The notes under the pieces: generated by a model
Databases searched by the model: none
Told to the model about the DNA's origin: nothing
Seen by the model: only the letters and a program-made list of their open reading frames with translations
Assembly (NCBI GenBank): GCA_964016885.1
Contig: OZ024741.1
Coordinates: 80,166,001 to 80,230,000 of the forward strand
Direction of reading: 5' to 3'
Length of the DNA stretch: 64,000 nucleotides
Source: Eledone cirrhosa
Taxonomy: Eukaryota
Part shown: piece after piece, positions 52,680 to 64,000 of the stretch
Layout of the letters: each line of letters begins with the position of its first letter
Position numbering within the stretch: position 1 is the stretch's first letter
Translations under genes and position numbers: made by a program

Positions 52680-54095
52680 TCAATTGTAACAGATCTGTCC
52701 TGTGAAATGTAAATACTGGGTAACTTTTTTTTAGATATTCTTTTAAAACCATTCTAAAACATATAACAAGCTTCATAAGAGATAACTTAGACTTGTTACA
52801 CCATCTTCCGAAAAAAAGTCAACAAAAGCTCTTTGGTTGTCTCATTTGATGTTGTAAATCTCTATGTTACAATCCTATGTGAATACGGAATAGAAGACGA
52901 ACGAATTGAGAACAGATTCATCATTGAAGGATTAAAATTTCTCCTACAAATATTTCAATTTCAGCCATAACATTTCCAGACTGAAATAGGTACAAAATTA
53001 TCCCCAGCTTACGTTAATTTTGTCCTGGCATACTTAGAAGACCGAATATACGAACACTCCTGCTTAAGGTTAGGCAACAACTTCCATAAATACCAGCTGG
53101 AAACGCTACTGACACACAGTTTCCATCAATTCAATGAGTTCAAAACTCTAATCTAGCGTTTCCCAAACTAGCCGAACTCTTTATGGTCGTAATATAGATA
53201 TATTCTTCTACCTTTTTTCACGGAACCCCTTTGGAAACCACTGCTCTAATCAACAGTATACAGCGCAATATCTAATTTACAATACAATAGAATAAAAACA
53301 ACTTTAAACGGAACATGAACATTAAGACAGATATCTACTTCAAACCAACAGACTCAAAATAATATCTTTTATTTTCTCCATACGACCCAAAGTATACATA
53401 AATAAATATGCCTTTCAACCTGGCAACAAGAATCTGCACAATTGTATCTAATTCTGAAACTCAATATAAATGACTTCAGGAAGTAAAAAGTATATTTTTT
53501 TAAAAACAATACAAAGTGAGGTTATTTAATAACAGAATAGAAGGAACAAAGAAGATAGATATTCAGAAATTAGGAAAACCAAGAAACACTTCTGATATTC
53601 TTAATACTTCACCTATATTAACGCACAACCCAAGAAATACAGAAGCATACATCGTCCAACAGAATATTCTTGAGAAAAGACACAAGAGTGACAAAGCCAC
53701 ACGAAACAGACAAAATCTATTTAAAACATTACTCTTGAAAGCAAATCATATGAATTTACACCAAGACAAATATTTACCATAATGAATCATTTCGCCACTG
53801 CACCAACAAAATTACTTTATAAAGTAATAACATAAATGTTATTAAATGTAACGGGGATAATGAAGATTACATATGACAAACAAGATTAAATCTGAGAAAG
53901 AAAATGATCGTTCACCGTTAACACTTACAGTACCAGTACACATTAATTGACATCAGAATTTATGTTCAACAAACAAATATCCAAAATACCAAATTTTCCC
54001 ATTATCTCAATGTATTGGGAACACCTCAGATCAAATTCAAATAATTAAATAAGATATATTTAAGAAATACAAACAAAACCTAAACACACGAATCA
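52680..54095 (+). pseudogene. Old degenerate Neptune-like PLE
   Basis: LVVSFDVVNLY, GTKLSPAY, TDIYFKPTDSK, PFNLATRICTIVS and THNP remnants are homologous to ORF 56999-58720. Confidence 0.75.
53154..53243. mobile_element. 90-bp hAT-like MITE remnant
   Basis: Perfect 8-bp TSD CTCTAATC (53146-53153 and 53244-53251); ends TAGCGTTTCCCAAA / TTTGGAAACCACTG. Confidence 0.7.
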
Positions 54096-54099
54096 GAAA

Positions 54100-54130
<31 letters not shown>

Positions 54131-54682
54131 CTTCTTCTTCTTCTTCTTCTTCTTCTTCTTGGATCCCCAAGCGAGATCAGCCGAGCTCATGGATGTTATC
54201 CAACCATCTTGCCGGTTGGTTTTACTCGTAAAATCTGTCCAGCGATTCTTTTCTGAGACATTCTAACCACATGCTCGTAATATCGGAGCGGTAGCCTCTC
54301 AATATGTCGAAGCCATTACTGATAAAACAGGAAAACAACGAATAACCAAGTGAATTGTGTGTTATGTTTGTGTGGTTGGTTTGTGTAAATGTAGTAGTTG
54401 TCTGACCAGATGTATTGAACTAACCTTTATCGAAGTAGCCAACCCTGTCGATAGAGCTGGATGTTGGGCTAAGTGCTACATTTCTCTGCCCTTTTACAGC
54501 AATTCCCTGTAATGACTGTTTCTGCCGAGAAACGTGAACAGCAGAATGACTTTTAGAAAATCTTATCCCATTTAACCCCACGTTAGCCAGTTCCTCCAGA
54601 CTACTGGCGCTAACACGAAATAAAGAAGAAAAAAAGCACCTTGTGTCGTTTAAGGGTCAATGTGAGTCGAGAGATTTCGTTA

Positions 54683-54751
<69 letters not shown>

Positions 54752-54921
54752 TAATATAGAAGTAACGAAATCTCTCGACTCACATTATATATATATATAT
54801 ATATATATAAGTAAAAAGGAAAAGAAAATGCTGACAAATTTTTCCCAGTGAAAAATAGTTTAATTACCAATAAGTATAAATTAGTAATAAGTATTAGTTA
54901 GTATTCAGTTTTAGTTTTAAG

Positions 54922-54960
54922 TTTTTACCGGTTGCGCATTTCTTATGCTTTTCAGAAATA
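54922..54960 (-). ncRNA. Degenerate minimal HHR (C3/A8 mismatch, GCAA)
   Basis: CTGAAAA gcat-aagaa-atgc GCAA ccgg TA aaa. Confidence 0.55.
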
Positions 54961-55328
54961 ATTTTGAGATAGAGTGCTCATGATTTTTGCTCTAATCTGA
55001 TCAGTTTTGGAAATTCTTCCTGTTTTATGTGAAAAAAGTGGCTTGGGAGGTATTAAGTTTTGGTTGGTTGTTGAATTGTTTTGACTACAAGAATTTTTGC
55101 AACACGAATTGGCGCGAAATTTATAGTGCTTATTCACGTGACATTAAACAACCAACCAAATCTTAATACCTCCCAAGCCACTTTTTCACATAAAACAGGA
55201 AGAATTTCCAAAACTGATCAGATTTTTCACTGGGAAAAATTTGTCAGCATTTTCTTTTCCTTTTTACTAATTCGTGTGTCACACCTCTATTTTTTTTAAA
55301 TATCATATCCCCACACGAGATACAGAAA

Positions 55329-58300
55329 ATGTCCACAAAAACAGATACATCTCTTATCAACATAAATGAAGAGATTCTACTGGAACTCAAGAAAATTAAT
55401 ACCAACCTATCTGTGCTAGTCGACAAACTTGACTCCACAAATGAGGAAACCGTTACCGGATACAAACCCTCCGAAATCGGCGATAAACTTCAAAACCTTT
55501 GCGATACTATCCAAACTATTTTCACTACTACCAACCCAGGAAAAACCAACGAAGAACCATGTGAGATTGATTCATACAAAATGAAAAATCGAACAATCCC
55601 AAAATTGAACAAATCTCTCAGAGACAGAAAGTTCTCCTTCTGGAAGATGATACAAAATCACAACAAAGCGGAGATATATGAAAAATGGCTTAACTCAACC
55701 CCTCTAACTCTCCCCCGTAAAATACAAATAAAATCTATTCCAAATGAACCCGAGCCTCAAAGACGCATTAGGGAAAGAATGGCATTGAAAAAAATGAAGA
55801 CAGAAATTGAAATTCTTAAATTGAGGGCCCAGACAAATGAAGACAGAAATTGAACTTCTTAAATTGAGGGCCCAGACAAATGAGGAAAAAATCAAAATCA
55901 TCGATGAAGTGATCCTCTTTGAAATCAACAATAAGACTGAAGGCCCCAACGTAGAGGAGATCTCTGAATTATGGAAAGAGGACTGCAACAGAGAGGAGCT
56001 GAAATCTCTTCAACGCTGGGAAAAAAGTGCCGCTTGGTTCCTAAGCTATGAATCAATTTTTCAAACGGATTACACCTCCAATAACCAGTTCATAAAAATA
56101 GGAAAACCCATAACCAAACCGCACAACAACTTCGCAAACCCCCCAGCTACTAACAAAAGAATAAGGAAGCACCACACCGAAGATGAACTTCCCAACCTCG
56201 CTTCCATAAGGAGGAACAAAAACCATAGAAATCCTCACCCCCAGAATGACATTTACAACTTTCCCCCTTCAAGGAGATACCATACCAAATCACTCAACTA
56301 TTACGCAGATGCCTCATCGACAAACATAGGGAAAATATACCACTAGCATGATAGACGTAACAACTTCCTCGTCACAAGGAGACAGCAAGGTAATTTCCAT
56401 TTTCTCAACTCTCGCTTCCACAATACACAACAAACCCACACCACACGATACAACCAACAACGTAGGCCACTTATAACACCACAATCCAACATGGCACATA
56501 GAAACACACATCCATACTCGCAATATAGGAACACCCCATTCAATCCACAACCACGAACCCGAACCACATTTTACAAGGAATATAACAAACACAGGAAACC
56601 ACGTAACATCAGCAGACAACCCCTCTACCCCAACCATTTTTTAGATACAGCACACAGATACAGCCAAATGAAATAACACAAGACAGGGAGGAGAAACCGA
56701 GAGTAATAAAAATTATCAATTTAACTAGTGCAGAACCAATTCCCAACCTTATCAACTTACTCTCCAAAGGTCTTAAATTCACACTGACCCCCCTCCCCTA
56801 CTACGTCCAAACTACTATGAAATGGAGGAAAACATCACAGAATTCTGTAGAAAGTTACGACTCAGTGAATAACTATTCGACCAGTACAATGAGGATGAAT
56901 CATTAGCCAGAAATAGAAGCAACTACACCCCATCAAAAGGTAGAAATAAAATCCTGCACGAATTCTGTGAACACATCACAAACTTCCCTTACCAACACTT
57001 GCACAGACAAAAACACAAGCCAAACCTCAACAAGAAAGAATGGGAAGAATTAAATAGATTAAAAACCGACAGAACTATTACAATTAAAGAGGCTGATAAA
57101 GGGAATGCAGTAGAATTCTATATCAACTTAGCGCTCTCCACTTTGGAAAACGAAACATACTACGAAAAGGCTGAACACTACAATCAACAGAAAATTATGA
57201 GAAACCTAAAAACTCTGATCAACCCATACAAAGGAATCACTAACAAGGAATTCAACTTCATCACAGACTTCACAAGTAAATCCAGCCTTTTCTACGGTAT
57301 CCCTAAAGTACATAAATGCGAATTAATAAATAAGGCATGCAAGGAAGCCACAGACTTAGTCATCAATGTCCCCTCACCTAATGATCTCAAATTAAGACCT
57401 ATAATAGCAGGCCCCGCTTGCGAAACCCACCGCCTTAGCAACTTCATTGATACCCTTCTCAAGCCTTTTCTCAAACACATTAAAAGCTACAGAAGGGACG
57501 ACCTAGATATGCTCAACCACCTCCCTAATATACCCCTTACTGAACAAACCCTGCTAGTGACGTTCGATGTAGTCAACCTATACTCAAACATTCCCCACAA
57601 CCTAGGAATAGAAGCTATCCAATTCTGGCTGGATAATTACCACAATGAACTCCCACAACGCATCAAAAAAGAATTTGTGATAGAAGTCAAATTTATCTTG
57701 GAGAATAATTACTTCGTTTTCAATAACAAATTCTACAGGCAAAAATCTGGGACCGCTATGGGAACGAAAACGGCCCCTACTTATGCTAACCTAGTCATGG
57801 GATACCTGGAAATCACCCTCTACACTAAAGTACTAAATAAATTTGGAAACACTCTACACTTTCACATAGAAAAGAACTGGAAGAGATATCTAGATGACTG
57901 CTTCTTCCATTGGCACGAAAACATCGAGAAACTTAAAAAATTTCACACCCTTATAAATGGGCTCAACACGAATATTAATTTTACAATGGAATATAGCCAT
58001 CAACAACTCCCCTTCCTCGACATCCTCATTACGATTCATAACAAAAAAATAGAAACAGACATATACTACAAGCCCACAGACTCCAAGCAATATCTTCCTT
58101 TCAATTCATGCCACCCTAGACACGTTAAAATTAATATTCCCTACAACTTAGCCAAGAGAATCTGTACTATAGTTTCCAATAAAAACACCTGTTACTTACG
58201 TCTACAAGAACTAAAGGACACACTCATAAGCTGGGACTACCCTGCATCACTAATTAACAATGGAATCCAACGTGCCCTAAAACTCAGTACCCAGGATCTT

Positions 58301-58946
58301 AGACACCCTAAAGTTAATCAACCGAAATTAAAAGCTCTTCCATACATCTCCACACACAACCCCCTCAACAATGAGGCCTTTGATAACACCCTCCAGAACA
58401 TCCATGTATTAAAAAAGGACCATAGAATGAACCAAATCCTTCAAACACACGATATCATAAAGAGCAAAAGACTATCTAAGTCAATGGAAAACATCCTAAC
58501 ACACGCCAAAGTACTGCCAACCACAACAACGAAACCCAGGGTTAAAAAAATGCGATGGACCCAACTGTGGTATATGCATCAACCTAATAGAGGGTTCGGA
58601 ATTCTATTTCAAACAAGGACAATGTTTTATAGTAAAACACTATTTCACATGTGCATCAGAAAACCTAATATATGTATTAACTTGCTCAGGTTGTCGAGAA
58701 CAATACATAGGCCAGACTAAAAACATCTTCTGCCAACGCATGACTGTCCATAGATCCCAAATCAAAATACGGGAATACAGAAAAATAGCACTGAGTGAAC
58801 ACATTGATACCTGTGCCGCCCAAAATCCTCCCAACTTTAGAATCTTTACCCTCTACAAATTTAAAGATACGACCCACACCCAGTGCATGAGCAAGGAATC
58901 TCACTTTATTAACAAATACGGACCCCGTCTAAACACTTCTTCCTAA
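55329..58946 (+). pseudogene. PLE RT-GIY-YIG ORF, disrupted
   Basis: EADKG, PKVHK, LRPIIAG, FDVVNLYSNIP, QKSGTAMG, RYLDD, LPFLD, SCHP, CDGPNCGIC linker and LIYVLTCSGCREQYIGQT. A 43-bp duplication at about 55792-55877, stops and a frameshift near 58550 disrupt it. Confidence 0.9.
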
Positions 58947-59535
58947 GATGAACCCACAACATACACACGTTGACATACATACCTACATCAGCATACATCC
59001 TACATACATTTCTATCCACATATAAACACAATGACATACGTAAACACACATGTTCTATGGTGCAACACAAATATACACAGATTCGCATACCTTTTGATGT
59101 TTATAGATATACACGTGCCGACACGCACACACACACATACGTACACATGTATTGCAAATTGATGGGTGCATACATATTTGTACACAAGTATCCCATACGG
59201 CAGGGCCTAATGGATTCCCCTTGCAGTACATACAATCTGGACTCACACACGCCTTGTTGTTATGACAATACTATACATCATTTCACCTCTTTTATTGTTA
59301 TTGATGTTCTTTTGAGAGAATCGTTTTTGCAAATGACTGAAAATATCGAATAATGTACGCCATTTTTACCAGTACCACAAAAATACTGGTCCATCCACAC
59401 ACGCGCGCGCGCGCACGCATGCACACGCGTACACTAACATACAGACAGGCATACACACACACACACACTTCTCCGTATAAGACAAGAGCTGAGAAATGTT
59501 TCAACATGTTAAAATAATCCCCCCCTCCCCACACA

Positions 59536-59810
59536 CACACACACACGTACACACACATTCCTACTGACCGATTCATTTCCATTATCACAACAATGAACCA
59601 CTTTGCTACACACACACACACACATTTGTCTTAATAGACACCTGAACTGTTGATCTTTCAACACGACTGCAACTCACACACGTACACACACATTCCTACT
59701 GGTCGATTCACTTCCATTATCACAACAATGAACCACTTAGCTACACACACATACACATATTTGTCTTAATAGACACCTGAACTGTTGACCTCTCAACATG
59801 ACTGCAACTC
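59536..59810 (+). repeat. ~135-bp tandem duplication in the PLE 3'UTR
   Basis: CACACACGTACACACACATTCCTACTG...GACTGCAACTC occurs twice. Confidence 0.85.
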
Positions 59811-60099
59811 AATCAGGCAGGCGGAAAAGGACACTCTTCGACAAACCTACATTTGGCGCGAAACCAGTTCGCGCTAAAATCAATTTAAACATTCACGTAA
59901 CTTCTACCGACCAATCAAAATTGTTTTGACTAAGAATTTTTGCAACACGAATTGGCGCGAAATTTATAGTGCTTATTCATGTGACATTCAACAACCAACC
60001 AAATCTTAATACCTCCCAAGCCACTTTCTTCACATAAAAAAGGAAGAATTTCCAAAACTGATCAGATTAGAGCAAAAATCACGATCACACTATCTCAAA

Positions 60100-60140
60100 A
60101 TTATTTTTGAAAAGCATAAGAAATGCGCAACCGGTAAAAA
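60100..60140 (+). ncRNA. Minimal HHR, U3-A8 variant with GAAA changed to GCAA
   Basis: TTGAAAA gcat-aagaa-atgc GCAA ccgg TA aaa; homologous to 16955-16998. Confidence 0.6.
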
Positions 60141-60337
60141 CTTAAAACTAAAACTGAATACTAACTAATCCTTATTACTAATTTATACTTATTCCTAATT
60201 AATAATTAAACTATTTTTCACTGACAAAAATTTGTCAGCATTTTCTTTTCCTTTTTACTAATATATCACAACTCGTGTGTCACACCTCTATTTTTTAAAA
60301 TATATATATATATATATAAGAATTGTATCTACTTTAG

Positions 60338-60505
60338 GCACAAGGCCAGCAATTACTCAGTGCATTACTGGTACTTTATTTTATCGACCCCGTAAGGATG
60401 AAAGGCAGTCAACCTCGGCGGGATTTGAACTCAGATTGTAAAGGGAGGTAACTATGCTGGAAAGCATGGCGTCCGACCCTCTACCGATACTGCCAATCCA
60501 CCGCC
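60338..60505 (-). mobile_element. tRNA-derived SINE
   Basis: Same family as 27126-27326. Confidence 0.85.
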
Positions 60506-60630
60506 CTGTATATATATATATATAAGAATGGAGTCCCAATAGGGATCGGGATATAACCACAGTTAAAAAACGTACTCAATACGTTGCTGAAGTATATGGA
60601 AATAACTCCTACAAGACTAGAATGAAACAG

Positions 60631-60682
60631 TTTTAGACTTGATGATCCTGTGGGTGCACAGGTGAAACTCCAGAGTAAAAGG
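60631..60682 (+). ncRNA. HHR-like motif (U3-G8)
   Basis: tTGATGA t cctgtg-ggtg-cacagg t GAAA ctc-ca-gag TA aaagg; stem I is weak. Confidence 0.55.
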
Positions 60683-60707
60683 CCCATCACTCAGCTATAA
60701 TAAATGA

Positions 60708-60798
<91 letters not shown>

Positions 60799-60800
<2 letters not shown>

Positions 60801-62640
60801 GGGTCACTCTTGTCTGCTACTTGTAACATGTAACCCAGTACAACCTGTCGCATGGTCGGGTCGTCGGTGACTAAACCGGCAACCCCATCAAGTTTACTTG
60901 GTGAGGAGGGTGATTTTGGACACCCTGTAGGACAAAAAACAAAACGTGACAAAGGGCGGAAGAACTCATAAGAGTCAACGGCCATCCAAAAGTGTGTAAA
61001 TATGTATATACACATGTACCGCGCAGTGAAACCACTGGAAGTGAAGGACCCCTAGCCTTTGTCAGGGCATTCTTCTAGGAGAAGGCAACTCAGGAAACTG
61101 GTATAATTCCGATATAAAACCTGCGGCTCAGTAGATACCGATGATGTTGATCTTTTCTTCTTTTCGGGTTATAGCTACTGTCGCTCAGAGAGTGGGATTG
61201 GCTCAGTGCACAGTCTTTCCTCACTTTAAAAAATATCTTCACGCACAGGCATTACACGATAGAATTAATTACTAATTATTAATAAAGGTATATCGTGCAA
61301 TGGCCATACTCGATAACGAGAGGGCAGCCATCATGTATGTGTGTATGTATGTTATGTCAGGTCGCTCTCGAGTTCTACTGGTAACATGTAACCCAGTCTA
61401 ACCTGTCTCAATTCGGGTCGTCGATGACTAAACCACCAACCCCATCAAGCGGATGAGGAGGAGGGTGATATTTGGACACCCTGCGGGATGAAATACAAGA
61501 CGCTGCAAAGGGCGGAGGAACTGAGCAGAGCCAACGGCCATCCAAATAGTACTTTCTTTTTTCACCTGGAAGTGAAAGGCCCCCAGTTGTTATCACAACA
61601 CCTTTCTAAGAGAGGGAAACTCTGAAAAAAACCTGCGACTTCAGAAGCATCCGATGATGTTGACCAGTTCTCCTTTTTGGGTAGTGTTTTCGATGCTCAG
61701 AGAGTGGGATTGGTTGAGTGCAAGGCCTTTCCCCACTTAAAAACCTCCAAAGCACAGGCATTGCTTGTTCAGGATCTGTTACAGGTTTGTGTGCCTAAAA
61801 GTGTACCATTTTCTGTAATCTGACAAGCGATTGCAATACTCTTAGCAGAGTTTGCACCCATCACGTATGTATGTATGTAAGGGCAAAGGAGCTCTTAAGA
61901 GTCAATGGCCATCCAAAATCACTGGGAGAGATGACCCCTTAGCCTTTGTCAAGGCAGAATTCTAGGAGAAGGAAAACTCTGATATAACACCTGCAACCCT
62001 GATGGTATCCAATGATGTTGACTTGTTCTTCTTTTTGGTAAATATCATCTTGGTTAAAAGAGTGGGACTGGTTTTGTGCAGTGCCTTTGCTCACTATAAA
62101 AGCTTCACGGCACAGGCATTGCTTTATATCTGGAGATCTCTCTGCACTTGTCGTCACATGGTACCATGGGCCCAGCACTATGTGTCAATAGTTGTCACAA
62201 GTGTAGTGTTTGTACCAGAGTTTTCATGTCGCAGGCTGGACTAAAAAGTCACACTCGTTCAGCGCATCGGTAAGGGTTCTCCTACATGGATATAAAGTAG
62301 TGGCCGTACTCGAAAACGAATTGGCAGCCACCATGTCAGGTCGCTCCCTGGGAGAACGTCACTCTGATATAAAACCTGCGATTTCGTTTGCATCCAATGA
62401 TGGAGACCAGTTCTTTTTGGGCAAATGCATTCGATGTTCAGAGTGGGATTGGCTCCATGCAAAGCCTTTCCTCACTTAAAAAAGCTTCAAGCGCAGGCAT
62501 CGTTTGATATGTGACATTTTATGCGATGCATGGTATTGCTGGCCATAGACAAGTCCCTAGCAGGACTAAAAAGCCATGTCCGTGATGCTCATGTTTAAGT
62601 ATCAAGCGATGGTATTACGTGAAATCGAGTTTCAGCCATC
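60799..62640 (+). mobile_element. Head-to-tail array of four diverged non-coding RTE-related elements separated by (ATGT)n
   Basis: Shared blocks CTAGGAGAAGG(A/C)AACTC, GATATAAAACCTGC, GAGTGGGATTGG and GCACAGGCATT. Units end in CA(G/C)CCA(T/C)C-A(T/C)GT at about 61333, 61863, 62333 and 62640. Confidence 0.65.
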
Positions 62641-62793
62641 ATGTATGTATGTATGTATGTGTGTGTTTATGTATGTATATATGTTTGTATGTGTGTGTAT
62701 GTAGGTATGTATGTTTGAATGTATGTATATATGTATGTATTTATGTATGTATGTGTGTATGTATGTATGTTTGTTTGTATGTATGCATGTACA

Positions 62794-64000
62794 TACAGAG
62801 GTATATCATTGCTTTCTGTCGTAGGGAAATTTTTATGTAGGGTGCTTCTGGACCGTCTGCTGACACACATTGCAGATTGTGTTCTTCCTGAAAGTCAATC
62901 AGGTTTTCGTGCTGGACGCGGCACTACTGATATGATCTTCTCAGCTAGACAGCTCCAGGAGAAGAGCATGGAACAAGGTTTGGATCTGTATCAGGTTTTT
63001 GTCGATCTGACAAAAGCTTTCGATACTGTTAACAGAAATGGATTATGGAAGGTTCTCCAGAAACTTGGTTGCCCTGATAAGTTCCTTGCTTTAGTTAGGT
63101 CTTTCCATGACGACACGAAGGCTTGGGTTAATGTCGGAGGTAACATGTCGGAGCCTATCTCAGTAAAAAATGTAGTGAAACAGGGGGATATACCAGCACC
63201 ATGTTTGCCATATACTTTGCAATGGTTTTCTGTATTGCATTCAGGAATTGCGAGCATGGTGTTTACATCCGGTATCGAACCTCAGGCAGCATATTTAACA
63301 TCAGGCGCTTTGCTGCAAAGACAAAAGTATTTACATCAATCATAAGAGACCTCTTGTATGCAGATGATTGCGATCTTGTAGCGCACACAGAGAGTGATAT
63401 GCAGCACATTTTGATTGCATTTTCTGACGCTTGCACTGCCCTAGGATTGACTGTCAGTCTCAAGAAAACCGTCGTCATGTACCAAACAGCTCCTGGTAAG
63501 CAGTAAAGTGAATCAAATATCTATGTGTATGGTAAATGACTTGGAGTGGTTGATCAGTTTGTCTACCTGGGAAGCACTGTCAATCGATACAGCAACCTTG
63601 ATAGTGAAATCTCATTTAGGATTAGGAAAGCAAGTGATGCTTTCGGAAAGCTAGAAAGGCGACTCTGGGGTCGGCGAGACATATGCAAGAAGAGAAAGGT
63701 AAAGGTGTACAAGGCATGTGTGCTCTCTTCTCTTCTTTATGCCTGCAAGACCTAGGTCACATATCGACACCACCTTAAGCAATTGGAGCGTTTCCATCAG
63801 ATGTGTCTCAGACGGATCCATGGCGTTCACTGGAGGGACCACATCAGTGATGTCGAGATTTTGGAAAGCTCTATGTGTGACAGTATAGAAGGTCTTGTGC
63901 TTAAGCAACGACTCCGTTGGAGTGGTCACCTTGCCAGGATGAAGGATTCTAGAATACCAAAACAACTCTTTTATGGAGAAATAGTTAAAGGAAAACGACC
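62794..64000 (+). mobile_element. RTE-clade (BovB-like) LINE, 5'-truncated and disrupted, continues off the window
   Basis: YRGISLLS, LPESQSGFR, FVDLTKAFDTV, VKQG, LLYADD, FVYLGS and RLRWSGHLARM motifs. Confidence 0.9.

Larger units (their letters stand above)
54811..60303 (+). mobile_element. Near full-length Neptune-like PLE with inverted plus direct 5' pseudo-LTRs and a 3' pseudo-LTR
   Basis: Fragmented ORF 55329-58946. 54811-55077 is the reverse complement of the 3' pseudo-LTR, and 55078-55305 is a deleted direct copy of 59924-60303. (TA)n flanks both ends. Confidence 0.9.

Noticed and set aside
54660-54786. Inverted repeat around (TA)n as an HHR element
   Set aside because: Only about 26-bp arms and no ribozyme core; probably a local inversion duplication.

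Overview
AT-rich, microsatellite-dense eukaryotic DNA. It is probably an octopod cephalopod intron or intergenic region; this is inferred from the tRNA-derived SINE and the repeat content and is not proven. The window is almost entirely nested retrotransposons: four head-to-tail R4/Dong-like RLE elements in an (AAT)n tract, Tx1/L1-like elements (one near full length), RTE-clade elements, SINEs, small hAT MITEs, and at least six Penelope-like elements (PLEs; Naiad-, Neptune- and Nematis/Neptune-like), most of them flanked by (TA)n. The most striking signal is a dense set of type I hammerhead ribozymes (HHRs) from about eight different sequence families, read by eye. They include a non-coding 422-bp HHR repeat (retrozyme-like, 22442-23607), a 676-bp HHR repeat with a G12A core, and U3-A8 core-variant HHRs supported by stem covariation. 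Nearly all PLE/HHR insertions are head-to-head fold-backs whose 3' ends join (TA)n through TA microhomology. Two phase-compatible candidate host exons lie on the minus strand near 40.6-41.1 kb. Coordinates of element ends are approximate, and no alignments or folding programs were run.
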